A stretch of DNA of 64,000 nt from contig OZ024743.1 of assembly GCA_964016885.1 (NCBI GenBank), forward strand, positions 246,574,001-246,638,000, read 5' to 3'. Both the position numbers and the translations under genes were made by a program. The notes beneath the pieces are model-generated. The model did no database searches and was not told where the DNA came from. It was given only the letters and a program-made list of their open reading frames with translations. Origin of the DNA: Eledone cirrhosa (lineage: Eukaryota). This document shows, piece after piece, positions 13,880 through 27,132 of the stretch (its first letter is position 1; each line of letters begins with the position of its first letter).

Positions 13880-14380
13880 CCACTGAGAGGTTCGTGAGGG
13901 CAAAGTCCTCAAACATTCCTTCAAATGTGTCCACTCAGAAGCAACCATTTCCAACTGATCTGGCTGGATCTCCAAGCGAGACCAGCCGAACTAATGGATG
14001 TTATCCAGCCATCTTGTTCAAGTCTCCTTCCGGTTGGTTTTGCTCGTAAAATCTGTCCAGCCATTCTTTCCTGAGACATTCTGAACACTTGTCCGTAATA
14101 TCGGAGCTGTGATCTCCCAATTCGGAGAAGTAGCGGTTCTACTTGAAACAACTCTCTGAACTCCGAGCTACGCATTGGAGTAACGTTACTCCAAAGACCT
14201 TCGGAGGAACCCCATTTCGACCGCTTGTATTCGCGATCGTATCCTTTCGGTCATTACCCAAGATTCATGACCATAGGTAAGGGTTGGCACGAATATCCAA
14301 TTGAAGCTAACGAGTTTGGCTTTTATACCTACCTCCCTTCTTCTGATTATCGAATGCTGAAGATGGCGCATTGCTTGTGA
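13880..14380 (-). mobile_element. RTE-clade LINE 3' fragment (decayed ORF C-terminus)
   Basis: PTLTYGHESWVMTERIRSRIQAVEMGFLRR and EPLLLRIGRSQLRYYGQVFRMSQERMAGQIL are typical of the post-RT region of RTE-like LINEs. Confidence 0.8.
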
Positions 14381-15827
14381 CCTTTCCATCCAGTTCCCTA
14401 AATAGGGCATCTTAATACATTTCTGTATATTCTCTAGTATAAAATAAAGAACCCCAACCCCGTCAGTGACGAATGGCCATGAGTTTTGCACCTAAAAAGT
14501 TCCCCGCTATGGCACAAGACCGAGCAAGCTTGTTTGTGGAAGATCAGCAGACGCCCATCTCCACGCCACCGATGTGCCAACGTGAAATACCACAGTGTCT
14601 TGTTCAAGGACACAACGCATCACCCGGTCCGGGAATCGAACTTACAACCCCACGACTATGAATTTAACGCTCTATCCACAAAACCACACACCTCCCTATT
14701 GTTTATATGTCCAGTGACATAATTCTGTTTTATAACTATTTATTTCTGAAACATTACACATCACTTTATAAATTATTAGTGCATTCTCTCACACTTTGCA
14801 TACTTCTATTTTACATATTTTATAAAAAGCAATAATCATCACAAACAATGATTCTCTCAGCGCAACATCACAAAGTTATTATAACAGTTAAATAGTTTAT
14901 ACTATTATATTATTCATACCATTGCACAAATTAGATTTAGAACAACAAGTAGGGATCAACTGTACGTTAAATTAATCAGTCTTTAACAGTGACACAATAT
15001 AAGTGTCAGAACATGAATTGTGAGTTTTGGCATGTGAACATCCTAACAGAGGTGGCACCCAGCAGATGCCTAAATTATGAATATATTATTGAAGGTTATC
15101 ATTGTAATATCTTTCTTTCCAAAACAGTCACACGCTAAAGTTTGCTTTTTATCAAGATTGTCTTTAAGCAAACATTCAACTGGAATGTCAGAATAATGTC
15201 TTCACTGGTTAAATTTCTATTTCATTTCATTTGGTAGAACAAAATGTTGGAAGACGTACGTACATTAATTGTTATATAACATATGTTGCTTATGTTTGTT
15301 GTAGTATAGTATCTGTTGGTTGAGTGACATATTTCAGTTGTATTCTTGTCCGCAGTGTAATTTCTATTGGCTACTGTATTGCGTAGATTTATTGTTGTAT
15401 TATATACTGGTTGTCCCGTGACATCTGTCTCCCGTGACATCTGTCTATTTGTAGTTAATGTCTTGTTGACTAAAGGGTTTGTTAGAGCTATAAAACTTTC
15501 TTGATGTTTCACACCTTCGTTTAAATGTTCAGGAATGTCAACGCGGAAATATTTTAAATCAACCCAGAGAAAATACAGGTATTTACTAACAAATTAATCT
15601 TAGCGAATTGCCGGGGTCGTTAGAGCATCGGATTGAATGTTTGCAACATTTATTCCGGTTTTCTGAGTTCGATCTTCGTCGAAGTCAACTTTGCCTTTCA
15701 TTCTTTCGGAGTCGACAAGTAAAGCATTATTCAAGAGGCAGTGAATTGGAGAAATTGTTAACAAGTGTCAGATAGGATGCCTTGTGGTATCAGTTCACAT
15801 CCCACTTCCTGGGATCAACCCATGCAT

Positions 15828-16070
15828 TCTTCTTCTTCTTCTTCTTCTTCTTCTTCTTCTTCTTCTTCTTCTTCTTCTTCTTCTTCTTCTTCTTCTTCTT
15901 CTTCTTCTTCTTCTTCTTCTTCTTCTTCTTCTTCTTCTTCTTCTTCTTCCTGGGAGGGCCGTGAGGGCACAGTCCTCAAGCAGGTCCTATCAGAAGCAAC
16001 CGCTTCCAACTGATCCAGCTGGATCCCCAAGCGAGACCAGCCGAACTCATGGATGTTATCCAACGAACTT
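15828..16070 (-). mobile_element. Short 3' end of the same RTE LINE with a long (AAG)n tail
   Basis: 15950..16065 is similar to 13885..14010 and abuts a (TCT)n tract. Confidence 0.7.
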
Positions 16071-16250
16071 GCTCGTTTTTTGTATAGTTTGTGAACAGGG
16101 TGAGGTGGAGGAGGAACTTCGTCATGGCACTGGTAACGGATGTGTAGAAGAATATATGTATATAAATATAGAAGTAGTCCCACAACAGTTAATACACATC
16201 CTATGGACTGAGTGCTCAACTACTGCGGATATAACCCACGACCATTCTAC

Positions 16251-16316
<66 letters not shown>

Positions 16317-16350
16317 AGATTTGAATGGATACAGTTTAGTTGAAAGGAAT

Positions 16351-16470
16351 TTATTGACACGTGTTTCTATAACAGTTACATAACCTAAAACAGCTGCTAT
16401 CTACAAACTTTTAGTTATGCAGACATTCAATATTTCAATGTTATTATTTACTGTCATTTCATCAGAATAA
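16351..16470 (-). ncRNA. Hammerhead ribozyme (PLE-1 family), left arm of the palindrome
   Basis: Reverse complement of 18475..18594 with core CTGATGA/GAAA/cacgtgTC. Confidence 0.75.
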
Positions 16471-17026
16471 TATTACTGAGGACCTATTTAGTTTTTATAG
16501 AGAATATAAAGAGGGAGGGGTGAAGTTGTTAGAAGAATAGTTGAAGGAGTGGTTTTTCGATAGCAGTGAGAATTCTTGGTGGCAGTGAGTAATTAGATTC
16601 CCATCTGTTGTTTTGACATTTTTTATAGAATATATTATTGGTTATTTTTCTAAATCTATAGAAGGATTAGAGATAGTAAAGATATGCGTGGTTGGTTTTG
16701 TGTTTGCACTTAATTAACATTCAGACTTAAATTTTTCTTTCAAGTGTACGTATCCTTTCACCCACGCATTCACACACAAATATATTTGCACACCTCTACA
16801 AAATACATATACTCACAATTCACATATTCATACTTACATATATATACACATGCATACACATATATATACACACATGTATTCGTGTACATACATACGCGCT
16901 CATGTGTATACATTTTCATACTCAACTTATCTTTATATACACACGTATAGACACACACATATATACATACATACTATAGTCCATGTGTACACACATACAC
17001 ATACATACACATCCATATACACATAT

Positions 17027-17145
<119 letters not shown>

Positions 17146-17823
17146 CACTTTAATACATGAATACACTTACATCTAACTATACACATCAAACATATATATA
17201 TATTTACTTATTTATATACATTTTCACATATATATACATACTTATGGACGTTTTTTGACACATTCATTATCGCATATTTGTACCTATTCTCATCAGCATA
17301 TCTTTCCATTATTAGTGTGGTAATTTAAGGTTATTAATATATGTTGAGAAGAGATTGTTTTTATATTTTTCTAACTAGATTAAGGTTTATATAGTTGGGG
17401 GATGTCCCTCTTTTATGTAATATTCGGCTTGTAGTGGGAAAAAAGGGTTTTAGTTCTTGTGTGAAGAAACTGCTGAATAACAGAATTGAACGAACATTAT
17501 TCTGCCGTCACAGAACTAAAACCCTTTTTTCCCACTACAAGCCGAATATTACATAAAAGAGGGACATCCCCCAACTATATAAACCTTAATCTAGTTAGAA
17601 AAATATAAAAACAATCTCTTCTCAACATATATTAATAACCTTAAATTACCACACTAATAATGGAAAGATATGCTGATGAGAATAGGTACAAATATGCGAT
17701 AATGAATGTGTCAAAAAACGTCCATAAGTATGTATATATATGTGAAAATGTATATAAATAAGTAAATATATATATATGTTTGATGTGTATAGTTAGATGT
17801 AAGTGTATTCATGTATTAAAGTG

Positions 17824-17912
<89 letters not shown>

Positions 17913-18474
17913 ATGTATATATGTGTATATGGATGTGTATGTATGTGTATGTGTGTACACATGGACTAGAGTATGTATGTATATATGTGTGTGTCTATAC
18001 GTGTGTATATAAAGATAAGTTGAGTATGAAAATGTATACACATGAGCGCGTATGTATGTACATGAATACATGTGTGTATATATATGTGTATGCATGTGTA
18101 TATATATGTAAGTATGAATATGTGAATTGTGAGTATATGTATTTTGTAGAGGTGTGCAAATATATTTGTGTGTGAATGCGTGGGTGAAAGGATACGTACA
18201 CTTGAAAGAAAAATTTAAGTCTGAATGTTAATTAAGTGCAAACACAAAACCAACCACGCATATCTTTACTATCTCTAATCCTTCTATAGATTTAGAAAAA
18301 TAACCAATAATATATTCTATAAAAAATGTCAAAACAACAGATGGGAATCTAATTACTCACTGCCACCAAGAATTCTCACTGCTATCGAAAAACCACTCCT
18401 TCAACTATTCTTCTAACAACTTCACCCCTCCCTCTTTATATTCTCTATAAAAACTAAATAGGTCCTCAGTAATA

Positions 18475-18594
18475 TTATTCTGATGAAATGACAGTAAATA
18501 ATAACATTGAAATATTGAATGTCTGCATAACTAAAAGTTTGTAGATAGCAGCTGTTTTAGGTTATGTAACTGTTATAGAAACACGTGTCAATAA
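18475..18594 (+). ncRNA. Hammerhead ribozyme (PLE-1 family), right arm of the palindrome
   Basis: ttatt-CTGATGA-aatgacagt...actgttata-GAAA-cacgtg-TC-aataa. Confidence 0.75.
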
Positions 18595-18741
18595 ATTCCT
18601 TTCAACTAAACTGTATCCATTCAAATCTTTCTATTTTTCTCCGGATTACTTTTGGAACTACAACTGGAACCGTCGAGCAAACTCTACGTGAGCTGATAAT
18701 CTACTGTGTGTAATATTTATATTACAACACAACGGAAAATA

Positions 18742-18803
<62 letters not shown>

Positions 18804-19017
18804 AGATTTTCTGGTGGAAGTTCAGGTAAACTCCGGGTGTAGATCCAGTTTCAGAGTGAAAATCCAATTTGAAAATCCAACGAATTTGAGAGGTCCACGT
18901 AAGCGTTGTTATATATATGCATGTAAAAGTGTAAAAGGTAAACAGAAATAACAACACAGTCGGTACAGTATATGGAAGGAATATATTAGTTTAACGCTTG
19001 AAATAGCAGGAAGAGAG

Positions 19018-19053
19018 TCTTAACGTTTCGGACGCTAGTCCTTCATCAGAAGA
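19018..19053 (-). ncRNA. Minimal type I hammerhead ribozyme
   Basis: Minus strand: tctt-CTGATGA-a-ggac-tagc-gtcc-GAAA-cg-TT-aaga, the minimal architecture known from Penelope pseudo-LTRs. Confidence 0.75.
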
Positions 19054-19099
19054 AAGATTGAGAAATTAGAAAGATTGAAGGGACGGGCAGAGCTGAAGT

Positions 19100-19710
19100 G
19101 GACCATTTTGCTGAACATTTGAGGGACATAGAAATAAAAATAGAATCCACACACAGAAAAGACGCAATGTTTAGGCAAATTACAGAGGCAGTAAGCATAA
19201 AAGAATTAAAACCAAAATTAAATAGAAAATATGAGTGGAACAGCAACATCAAAACTTACAATTAAGGACAAAATGAAAACACACACAGGACAAAATGAAA
19301 ACACACACACATAGAACAAACAACCAACCAACAATAAATAAATAAATAAATAAACAAATAGATAAATGAACACAAACACACACAGACACCCGGATGTGGC
19401 GCATGCGCAAACTGAACACACAACACACACACAGAAACAAAATGGCGTAGGATAGAAGAAAGGAAAGGCACAGAAACAAAGAAAGGAATCCCCAGTCACT
19501 GAAGAGGTCACAGAGTGTGTGACGAAAGGACTATGACTATATATATAAACAACTATCTGGTTGTGGAACCAACCAACCAACCAGAAATTTATAAATTTGT
19601 AAATTTGTAAATTTATAAATTTATAAATATATAATAAATTGAAGTGAAAGCAACTGGTGCGTGTGTTTCTTATTGGCAACATGACCCTCCCAAAGTATAA
19701 CAATATCGGT
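19100..19710 (+). mobile_element. Penelope-like 3' remnant (GIY-YIG C-terminus + pseudo-LTR), family 3
   Basis: Translates as HFAEHLRDIEIKIESTHRKDAMFRQITEAVSIKELKPKLNRKYEWN and is followed by a hammerhead. It parallels 21328..22040. Confidence 0.7.
19494..19538 (+). ncRNA. Minimal type I hammerhead ribozyme
   Basis: agtca-CTGAAGA-g-gtcaca-gagtg-tgtgac-GAAA-ggac-TA-tgact. Stems I and II pair perfectly. Confidence 0.82.
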
Positions 19711-19783
19711 TTCAACACACGATTTCAGATAAAAAATCTTGCTAAACAAATTCAGAAACGAAATATATATATATATATATATA

Positions 19784-20120
19784 TTTAGGTTTGAAGGTTC
19801 ACCACTGGATAGAGTTGGCCATTCCGTATGGTCAATCTTGATGTAATAATATGGAGAATACTCAACGTAAAGCAGCTCAACCGTCTTCGTTTGTGTAGTT
19901 GGTGGTGCGAGTACGGAGTTAAATATTATAATAAAATAACAGGAAGCTGGACTTGTGTAAATTCTTGAAAGGTTTATTATACTATGATCATTTCAATGAC
20001 CGGGTTCCGTATGAATCCGGTGATATCATCAGGTATTCGAAATATAATAAATGATTGTAACATAAAATCCATGGGGCTGAAAATCATAGACCCGAGGACG
20101 ACCGACCATCTAGCATCTTC
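19784..20120. repeat. Interspersed repeat shared with 31544..32047
   Basis: 19930..20120 matches 31544..31720 directly, and 19784..19930 matches about 31905..32047 in inverted orientation. Confidence 0.8.
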
Positions 20121-20285
20121 CACTTTAGCCGATCGCCAAAGGTAACAGTTCAGGTGAAGAAAGTTATGCCGACAAAGTTTCATGCACGTGGTTCTACTAT
20201 TAGTAACGATAAGGAATCAATTCATCAGAGGTAATATCCATACGGAATCGGGAACTAAATATCATGCGTTCAGATGCACAAAGCA

Positions 20286-20710
20286 CTTAAATAATAATTG
20301 TTTCTACTTTTGGCACAAGGCCAGAAATTACCCCAGTGCATTACTGGTACTTTGTTTTATCTACCCCGCAAAGATGACCTCGGCGGGATTTGAACTCAGA
20401 ACGTAAGGGGCCATAACTCTATGCTATAAAGTATGGTGTCCAACGCTCTACCGATTCTGCCAATCCACCGCCTAAATAATGAATAGACAAGTAAGATGAA
20501 GAAATTGAAGACATTTTATTTGTCTTACAAATGTTTCAATAGGAAAAAATAAAAGCAAGAAAATGATAAGAGATTCTAGTTTGTCTGAGTTCAAATCCCG
20601 CCGAGGCTAACTTTGCCTTTCATCCTTACGGGTCGATAAATAAAGTACCAATAATACGCTGGGGTTGATTTAATTGCTGGCCTTGTGCCAAAAGTAGTAA
20701 CAATTATTAA
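20286..20710. mobile_element. Inverted pair of family A SINEs
   Basis: A minus copy at about 20290..20473 and a plus copy at about 20585..20710. Confidence 0.75.
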
Positions 20711-21327
20711 TATATAGGAATATGTCAATATATTATTATTTGAGAATTTACTCGAGGAATTTACCTTTGAATCTTAATTTCACCCAATCCTGTATCCTCA
20801 GAGACTTGATAAAATATACAAAAAATATAGGAACAAGCAATGTATATTTTATCAAGACTCTTGGAATACAAGATTAAATTGTAATTATAAACTATGTAAA
20901 TTGAAGTAGCAAGTGAGCGAATTGGCGTCGGATTAAAACATGCCCCGCTTTTTATTCCGGCTCACTACGCTCTGAGTTCAAATCCTGCTGAAGTCAACTT
21001 TGCTTGTTATACTTTCGAGTTTGATAAATAAAGAACTAGTCCAATACTGGGGTTGACCCCCCCTCTCCCTCCCTCTCTCTTTTTCTCTCTTTTAAAGGAA
21101 TCAGTTGTGTCCAGGACATGGAGAGGAATAGATTCCACCAAGTTTTAAATTAGCAGCACACGCCTCTACGAAAAGTATATAATAGTTACTGCTGATGTGT
21201 ATTACGAACTGAGACACTGCATGGCCGAATACTTAAGAAGTTCGCTTCGTAACCATAAGGTCTCGGATTCAATCCCATTGCGTGGTATCATGCATAAGTG
21301 CTATTTAAATAGCCTCAGTTCAACGGT

Positions 21328-22040
21328 TCAGTACTATACGAACATGCCAGACAACAACACGACGCTAACATAGACAACATAGAACTTAGAATAATATCTA
21401 AACATAGAAATGACCCAGCAGATAGGCAAATCAGAGAGGCCAGTTAAATAGAACTTAGAAGGCCAAGGCTAAACAGAAAAAATGAATGGAATAACAACAT
21501 CACCCAAACAAACAACACTGACCTAAGAGAAGTATAAATGAATAAATAAATAGATAAATAAATAAATACATACACAAGCACAATAACAACAAACACATAT
21601 AAACACACACTAGTAAAGATAGAATACATTAACCAATACACAGTCACCCAATCACGAACACACATCTAACAAAACACTATACACACACGCAAACGCATGC
21701 GCAAAGAAGACAAAAAAATAAATAAATAAATATATAAACAGACTAAATAAAGATGGCGTAGAAAATACAATGCAACGGGAGGAAACAATAGCACCACTGA
21801 CGATGTTGCAGATGTGCAACGAAAGAACTTTGATAGACTATATATATGTGTTTGTGTCTATATTGTATCTGTATTATTTTTGACCGTTGGTCAGTCAATG
21901 GCAACATTGAGGACCGAATAAATTAAATTAACCGATATAAAAGACACAGATGCGAAAAGCGAAAACCAACCAAACAGTGAGTGTGTTGTTATTAATTCTG
22001 GCAATATTACACAAATATGGCCCTCCCCAAGTATAACAAT
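21328..22040 (+). mobile_element. Penelope-like 3' remnant, diverged relative of 19100..19710
   Basis: SVLYEHARQQHDANIDNIELRIISKHRNDPADRQIREAS*IELRRPRLNRKNEWN. It has the same downstream motif order and terminal ccctccc.aagtataacaata. Confidence 0.7.
21792..21835 (+). ncRNA. Minimal hammerhead ribozyme, stem I partly decayed
   Basis: cacca-CTGACGA-t-gttgca-gatg-tgcaac-GAAA-gaac-TT-tgata. Confidence 0.65.
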
Positions 22041-22074
22041 ATATATATATATATTTATATTTTAATATAGAAAA

Positions 22075-22123
22075 GCTTTTACAGGACTAGAACTGTTTCA
22101 TTCGTGAGAAATCATCAGGAAGC
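22075..22123 (-). ncRNA. Type I hammerhead ribozyme with a full stem III
   Basis: Minus strand: gcttc-CTGATGA-tttc-tcac-gaat-GAAA-cag-ttctagtc-ctg-TA-aaagc. Confidence 0.6.
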
Positions 22124-22331
22124 TGACTGTCCAAGTAAATGTGGTGGTATTTATATCTTTTCTGGTGGTAGGAGAGGGTGGGGATTGGGATTGGTGGAGG
22201 TCATTGGTTGATGGATTTAAAGAAAAGGGAGTTCATTAAAAGCTAATTCTTTAAAGCTATAATTTATATTAACAAAGGCAGAAAGAATACTGTAAACAGG
22301 TTCAAATTGGAATACCAATCCTTGTTTATCT

Positions 22332-22383
<52 letters not shown>

Positions 22384-22949
22384 AGGCCTGTGGCTGAGTG
22401 TTTAGAGAATTGGATTCGCAATCGTGAGCTGCTCCTTCTACCTGGAGTTGCGACCGATAGATAGTATTAGCAATTGGAAAGACCAATGGAAACATTGTTT
22501 CCTCGGTCCGATTTGACGAATGTCGATCGTTCCTAAATATATATAATATCTGGAGAATAGGTAGGCTTAAAAATAAGAATAAAAATGAGAAGAAGCAAGA
22601 ACGGGGGTTGGGGGGAGTTTCCCTCATCAGTTTTCTACTCGGATATTTCAACGCTTTAAAGACAATATATCTACCCCAGAGCGTTCAATAACTAGGCAAT
22701 TTATTGGGGAAACGGAGGAGGGAAAGGAAAATAGAAACAGCGAAAAAAAACCCCAGAAAAAACAACACACATACACGTGTATATATAAAATACATGGTGT
22801 TATAGTATTATATTCACTGGGGAGTGCTATAAAGCAAAATAGAATGATCTCAATATGTATTAGTATGTGGTAGCATATGTATGCGTTAGTGTGATAGCGC
22901 CTATGTATGACAAATATGCACAAAGCAAAATATAAACAGCAGCAGCATC

Positions 22950-23003
<54 letters not shown>

Positions 23004-23065
23004 AGTAGTATCAACAGCTATAAATTAAGCTAACGTTAAGGAAAACAGTTGTTTTAAGCCGAGTA

Positions 23066-23489
23066 CCGTACATACTCAAATATAAGTCGATCCTATTCTA
23101 AGTCTGAAAAATAAGCAAAAATCCAAACCCCATGTATAAGACGATGTAGCTAATCAACACATTATGTTTAGATAGTGCAGTTTTGAACTTCTCATGAAGT
23201 TTAATATTTTGATATTTAAAATGTTCAAGTGCCGTTTAAGATTATAGTTTTTGTTTCACAACTCCAACAATGATTTTTTAAAAACCAATTTTCAATCGTT
23301 TTGAAGTTCATATTCAAAACATAAAAACAATAACAAAATAATAGGAAATATGAATTTTAAGTCGAAAGTGAAACCGGTGTAATATTCACTTCCAAAGCAA
23401 AAATAATTTAATACCTTATTTACGTAGAATTTTGAAGTTGATGAAACTCGGCAACATATTGACCTCGATTTATATATGAGTATTTACGG
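23066..23489. mobile_element. Tc1/mariner(pogo)-type MITE
   Basis: Terminal inverted repeats ccgtacatactcaaatataagtcga / tcgatttatatatgagtatttacgg, flanked by TA on both sides. Confidence 0.75.
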
Positions 23490-23696
23490 TAGGTACTTTC
23501 ATAAAATCATTTCTCCCTCTTTTGCATTATTTCCCTTGATGGGGTTCACTTTCAGACTGTGTGGTTATGTAAGTAAATGATAAAATGTTTATGTATATTG
23601 TAATGTATTGGACCTTCGTCGCTTACAACAACGAGTCTGTTTGTGAAATTAGAGTGCACGAGTATACCACATATACGTATAGCATTAACTTACATG

Positions 23697-23965
23697 TATG
23701 GGGTTAGGGTGCCGGAATGGGAAGGGCAGGTCTTGCCGGAAGCGAGGGGTCAGTGACGTCACATGAGAAGGTCGTGGGCTTTTGGGGTGCTCTTCTATCT
23801 AACGTGTGTACCGCATGCGATGTGCGAGTCTTCATGGCTGCTATGATTGAGTGTGTGAGGATTGCTATATTATTTGGTCGGAGGTAAAACAGGTAAACAT
23901 CCGCGCAGGGAGATTCAGTCCGGACATGTGTGAAGACACAAAGATAGGTCTCTTTCTTTCCTACA
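23697..23965 (+). repeat. 5' LTR
   Basis: Direct repeat of 26864..27132. It contains CCGGAAG and TGACGTCA. Confidence 0.88.
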
Positions 23966-26863
23966 ATAAGCTATTTTCGGCAACGTTTTTTTAAATTCGA
24001 GGTTAACTTTGCCTTTCATCCTTACGGGGTCGATAAAATAAAGTACCAGTAATGCACTGGTTAATTGCTGGCCTTGTGCCAAAAGTAGAAACAATTATTA
24101 TTTACTTTCTCCGACCTCACAGACGATATGGCGATGAAAATAAGAATAGGTAGCGATGCAGTCAAAGACTTCAGCGACGAGGGGGATGTTATCGCCTGGA
24201 TTAGTAAGATAAAATAGGTTGCCACACAGCAGGGTATCAAAAATGTGGCTAGCCTCATAGCACTGTATCTTAATGGCGACGCGTTAGCATTATACCTCGA
24301 AATGGACCAGGCAGACCAGTTAACGCGGAGAAGATAGAGCAGCGCCTTAAGGAAGCATTCACTGAAGGACCTTATGCTGCTTTCGCCAAGCTAGGCAAGT
24401 GAGATGGACGGGAGGGCAGGTGGACGTGTTCACGATGGAAATTTGGTTACGCTAGCAGAATTCACAAGAGAGAATCTCGAAAGGGCCATGCAGATGGCGT
24501 TTGTGAATGGTTTCCCCGAAAAAAATTCGGCGGGGCTCCAACAGTTGACGAGTAACAACAAAATGGCCATGAGCGAGCTAATCAGTCAGGCTCATGTAGT
24601 GACACAAGACGTTGAGCGGAATGTGGCAGCGTTAGCAGTGACAGAAACCCATAGCAGTCGACAGCGATCGACGAACGACGAGTGGAGATGAGGCCCCATG
24701 AACGCTAAGCCGTGGGCGTTCAGAGGCCAGTGTTTCAGGTGACAGGGTCCGCACATGGCAAAGGACTGCGGGGAACCGAGCCTGAAATAATTTGCTACCA
24801 ACGTAAGCGGGCAGGTCACACGACCAACAATTGCGACTAGGGAAACGGTCAAAAAGGAGTTACTGCGCCGGTAGCTACCCACGTAAGCAAGCAGAGACGC
24901 TCTTGCAGCTGTTACCCGTAGTGGAGGTTCTGCTGAGAGGAAAGCTGTCACAAGTCCTTGTGGACACGGGCAGCACAACGAAATTAGTGACTTCGGAAGT
25001 GGTTAAAAAGTAGAGCGAGATGAGTAGTGCAAGGGCAACCGACAGCAGGGAGATTAGATGCAGAGGTAGCAATGTGGTGGAGATGGGGTACAAGGAAGGA
25101 AAATAAGGCTAAGGGTGATCGTGATCGACCACGTGGTGGATGGAATTGATGCGGTAATGGGTATGGATGCAATTGGTTGCTTAGGAGGCGTTACAGTGAA
25201 TGAGGGCGGGAACACCATGCGCCGTGAGTGTGCAACAGGAGGACAGAGAGATCCATGAAGAAAAATGGGCTGTTCATACCATACAAGACAAAGACAGGGC
25301 TGTGTTGGACAGTCAGCGGTGGATAGTTGAGTGGTGCTGGAAAGGAGAACCTCCAACGTTGACGAACAGAGGGAGTTGCTAACAGCATACTCTGAAAGGT
25401 GATGTTAGAAGCGAGTTTGGGGGAGAGGTGTAAAGATGGATCGAGGAGAGCATATTAATCCCTTGGAAGGAGAAGATAAAGATCAGAATTAATGGCAGTT
25501 ATATAACCAACACAGAAGAAGGTCATGCCGGTGCTAGACTTTCGTGAACTGAATGAACGCGTGTCGTACCACACAGGCGGCGAGGTCACAGATGCCGGCG
25601 GGAAAATCTTGCGAGAATAGAGGCAAATGACGAGGGAGTCCACGATTGTCGACTTAAAGTCGGCATATCTGCAACTACACGTAGCTGAGAAACTGTGGAA
25701 GTACCAGCTGGTAAAGTATAAGGGCCAGATATACTGCCTAACCAGGCAAGGGTTCAGGTTGAATTCGGCACCAAAGATCATGGCGACGGTTCTCAAGGCC
25801 ATTCAGGGGAAGATGGACAAGGTGACGAGGGCTACCAATTCCTACATCGACGATATCTAGGTAGATGAGACGGTAGTGTCGGCAACAGAGGTCTCAAGCC
25901 ACCTAGGAAGGTTTAGGTTAACCACGAAACCGCCAGAGGCGATGGAAGGAGGAGCTGCACTGGGGCTCAGGCTGCGAAGGAACAAGACGGGCACATTGGT
26001 ATTTTGGAGGGGAAATAAAGTCCAAGAACTGGGCACCGACATAGCCAAACAAGAACTTTCTCAATGTGCAAGGGACGAGTGGACGGAGTTAGCTGGAGAG
26101 ACAGGGTAGGAGAGTGGATGGTGGCCATAATGAGGGAGAACGTGGAGAGGGTATAGGCGGAGGACCCAGTGAGAGAAAGTTAGTACGTACCCAAATTGGA
26201 GAACGGGACTATATGGTGTGATGCTAGCAGCATAGCGCTGTGGATAAACTGTTGATGGACAACAGCACGGCGTTTCGCTCGGAGATGCTGAAGGAGATGC
26301 TCAATGGGTGGAATGTGAGCCGCTTCTTCAGAGCAACATACAGACTGAGTGGAAATGTGATCGTGGAGTGACACCATCATATGATCAAGGCCATGGCGGA
26401 GAGGCGACATATTTCACCAATAGATGCGGTGTTTAAGTACAACATGTCACCTAGGGCGGGACAGGCCGAGGAGTCGGTTCCACATAGGGCGATATATAAA
26501 TATGAATGGTAACAAACGTGCACGTTATTACAGTGACCCGTGGAAGAAAGAGAGAAAATGAGGTCGTACAAGTGGGCGAAGAAGTCTGGGTCAAATCCTT
26601 AAATGCGCGTTGCACATCACAATGAGGAAAGAGAATGGTAACGGCTGTAAATCCCGAAACAACGCGTCTGTGGACGGAATGCCGCATCATGTCTTGGATG
26701 TCTGCAGAGTTGTTGATTTGATGGACGTCGGAGAAGTGGAGAACAAAAATGCCGCCCCAACTTTGCAGAAATCGCAATAGGGTCGCCGGTCATCTAAGTG
26801 GATGACGGACTTTGACATGGAGGGATATGATGGGGGTGATTGATCCTTGAGATCAAGGGGGCG

Positions 26864-27132
26864 TGTGGGGTTAGGGCTCTAGAAGAGCAGGACAGGTCTT
26901 GCCGGAAGCGAGGGGCCAGTGACGTCACATACGAAGTTCGCGAGCTTTTCGGGCGCTCTTCTGTCTAAGGTGGGTACCGCATGCGACATGAGTATGTTCA
27001 TGGCTGCTATGGTTGAGTGTGAGAGAATTGCTAGATTCTTTGGCTGGACGTAAAACAGGTGAACATCCGCACAGGGAGATTCAGTCCGAACATGTGTGAA
27101 GGCACAAAGGTAGGTCTCTTTTCTTTCCATGA
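26864..27132 (+). repeat. 3' LTR
   Basis: Starts TGTGGGG immediately after the polypurine tract and is the same length as the 5' LTR. Confidence 0.88.

Larger units (their letters stand above)
23697..27132 (+). mobile_element. Decayed Ty3/Gypsy LTR retrotransposon
   Basis: Two 269-bp LTRs, a CATG target duplication (23693-96 and 27133-36) and a polypurine tract aagggggcg before the 3' LTR. Internal remnants are in Gypsy order: gag zinc knuckles (about 24730-24835), protease LVDTGS, RT IVDLKSAYLQ...YIDDI, RNase H WCDAS and a deleted integrase. Confidence 0.9.

Noticed and set aside
22610-22655. GAAA...CTGATGA on the minus strand (possible permuted hammerhead)
   Set aside because: The flanks cannot form stem II.
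24731-24770. TGA at a Cys position of the gag zinc knuckle (possible selenocysteine)
   Set aside because: The element has many other stops and frameshifts, so simple decay explains it.
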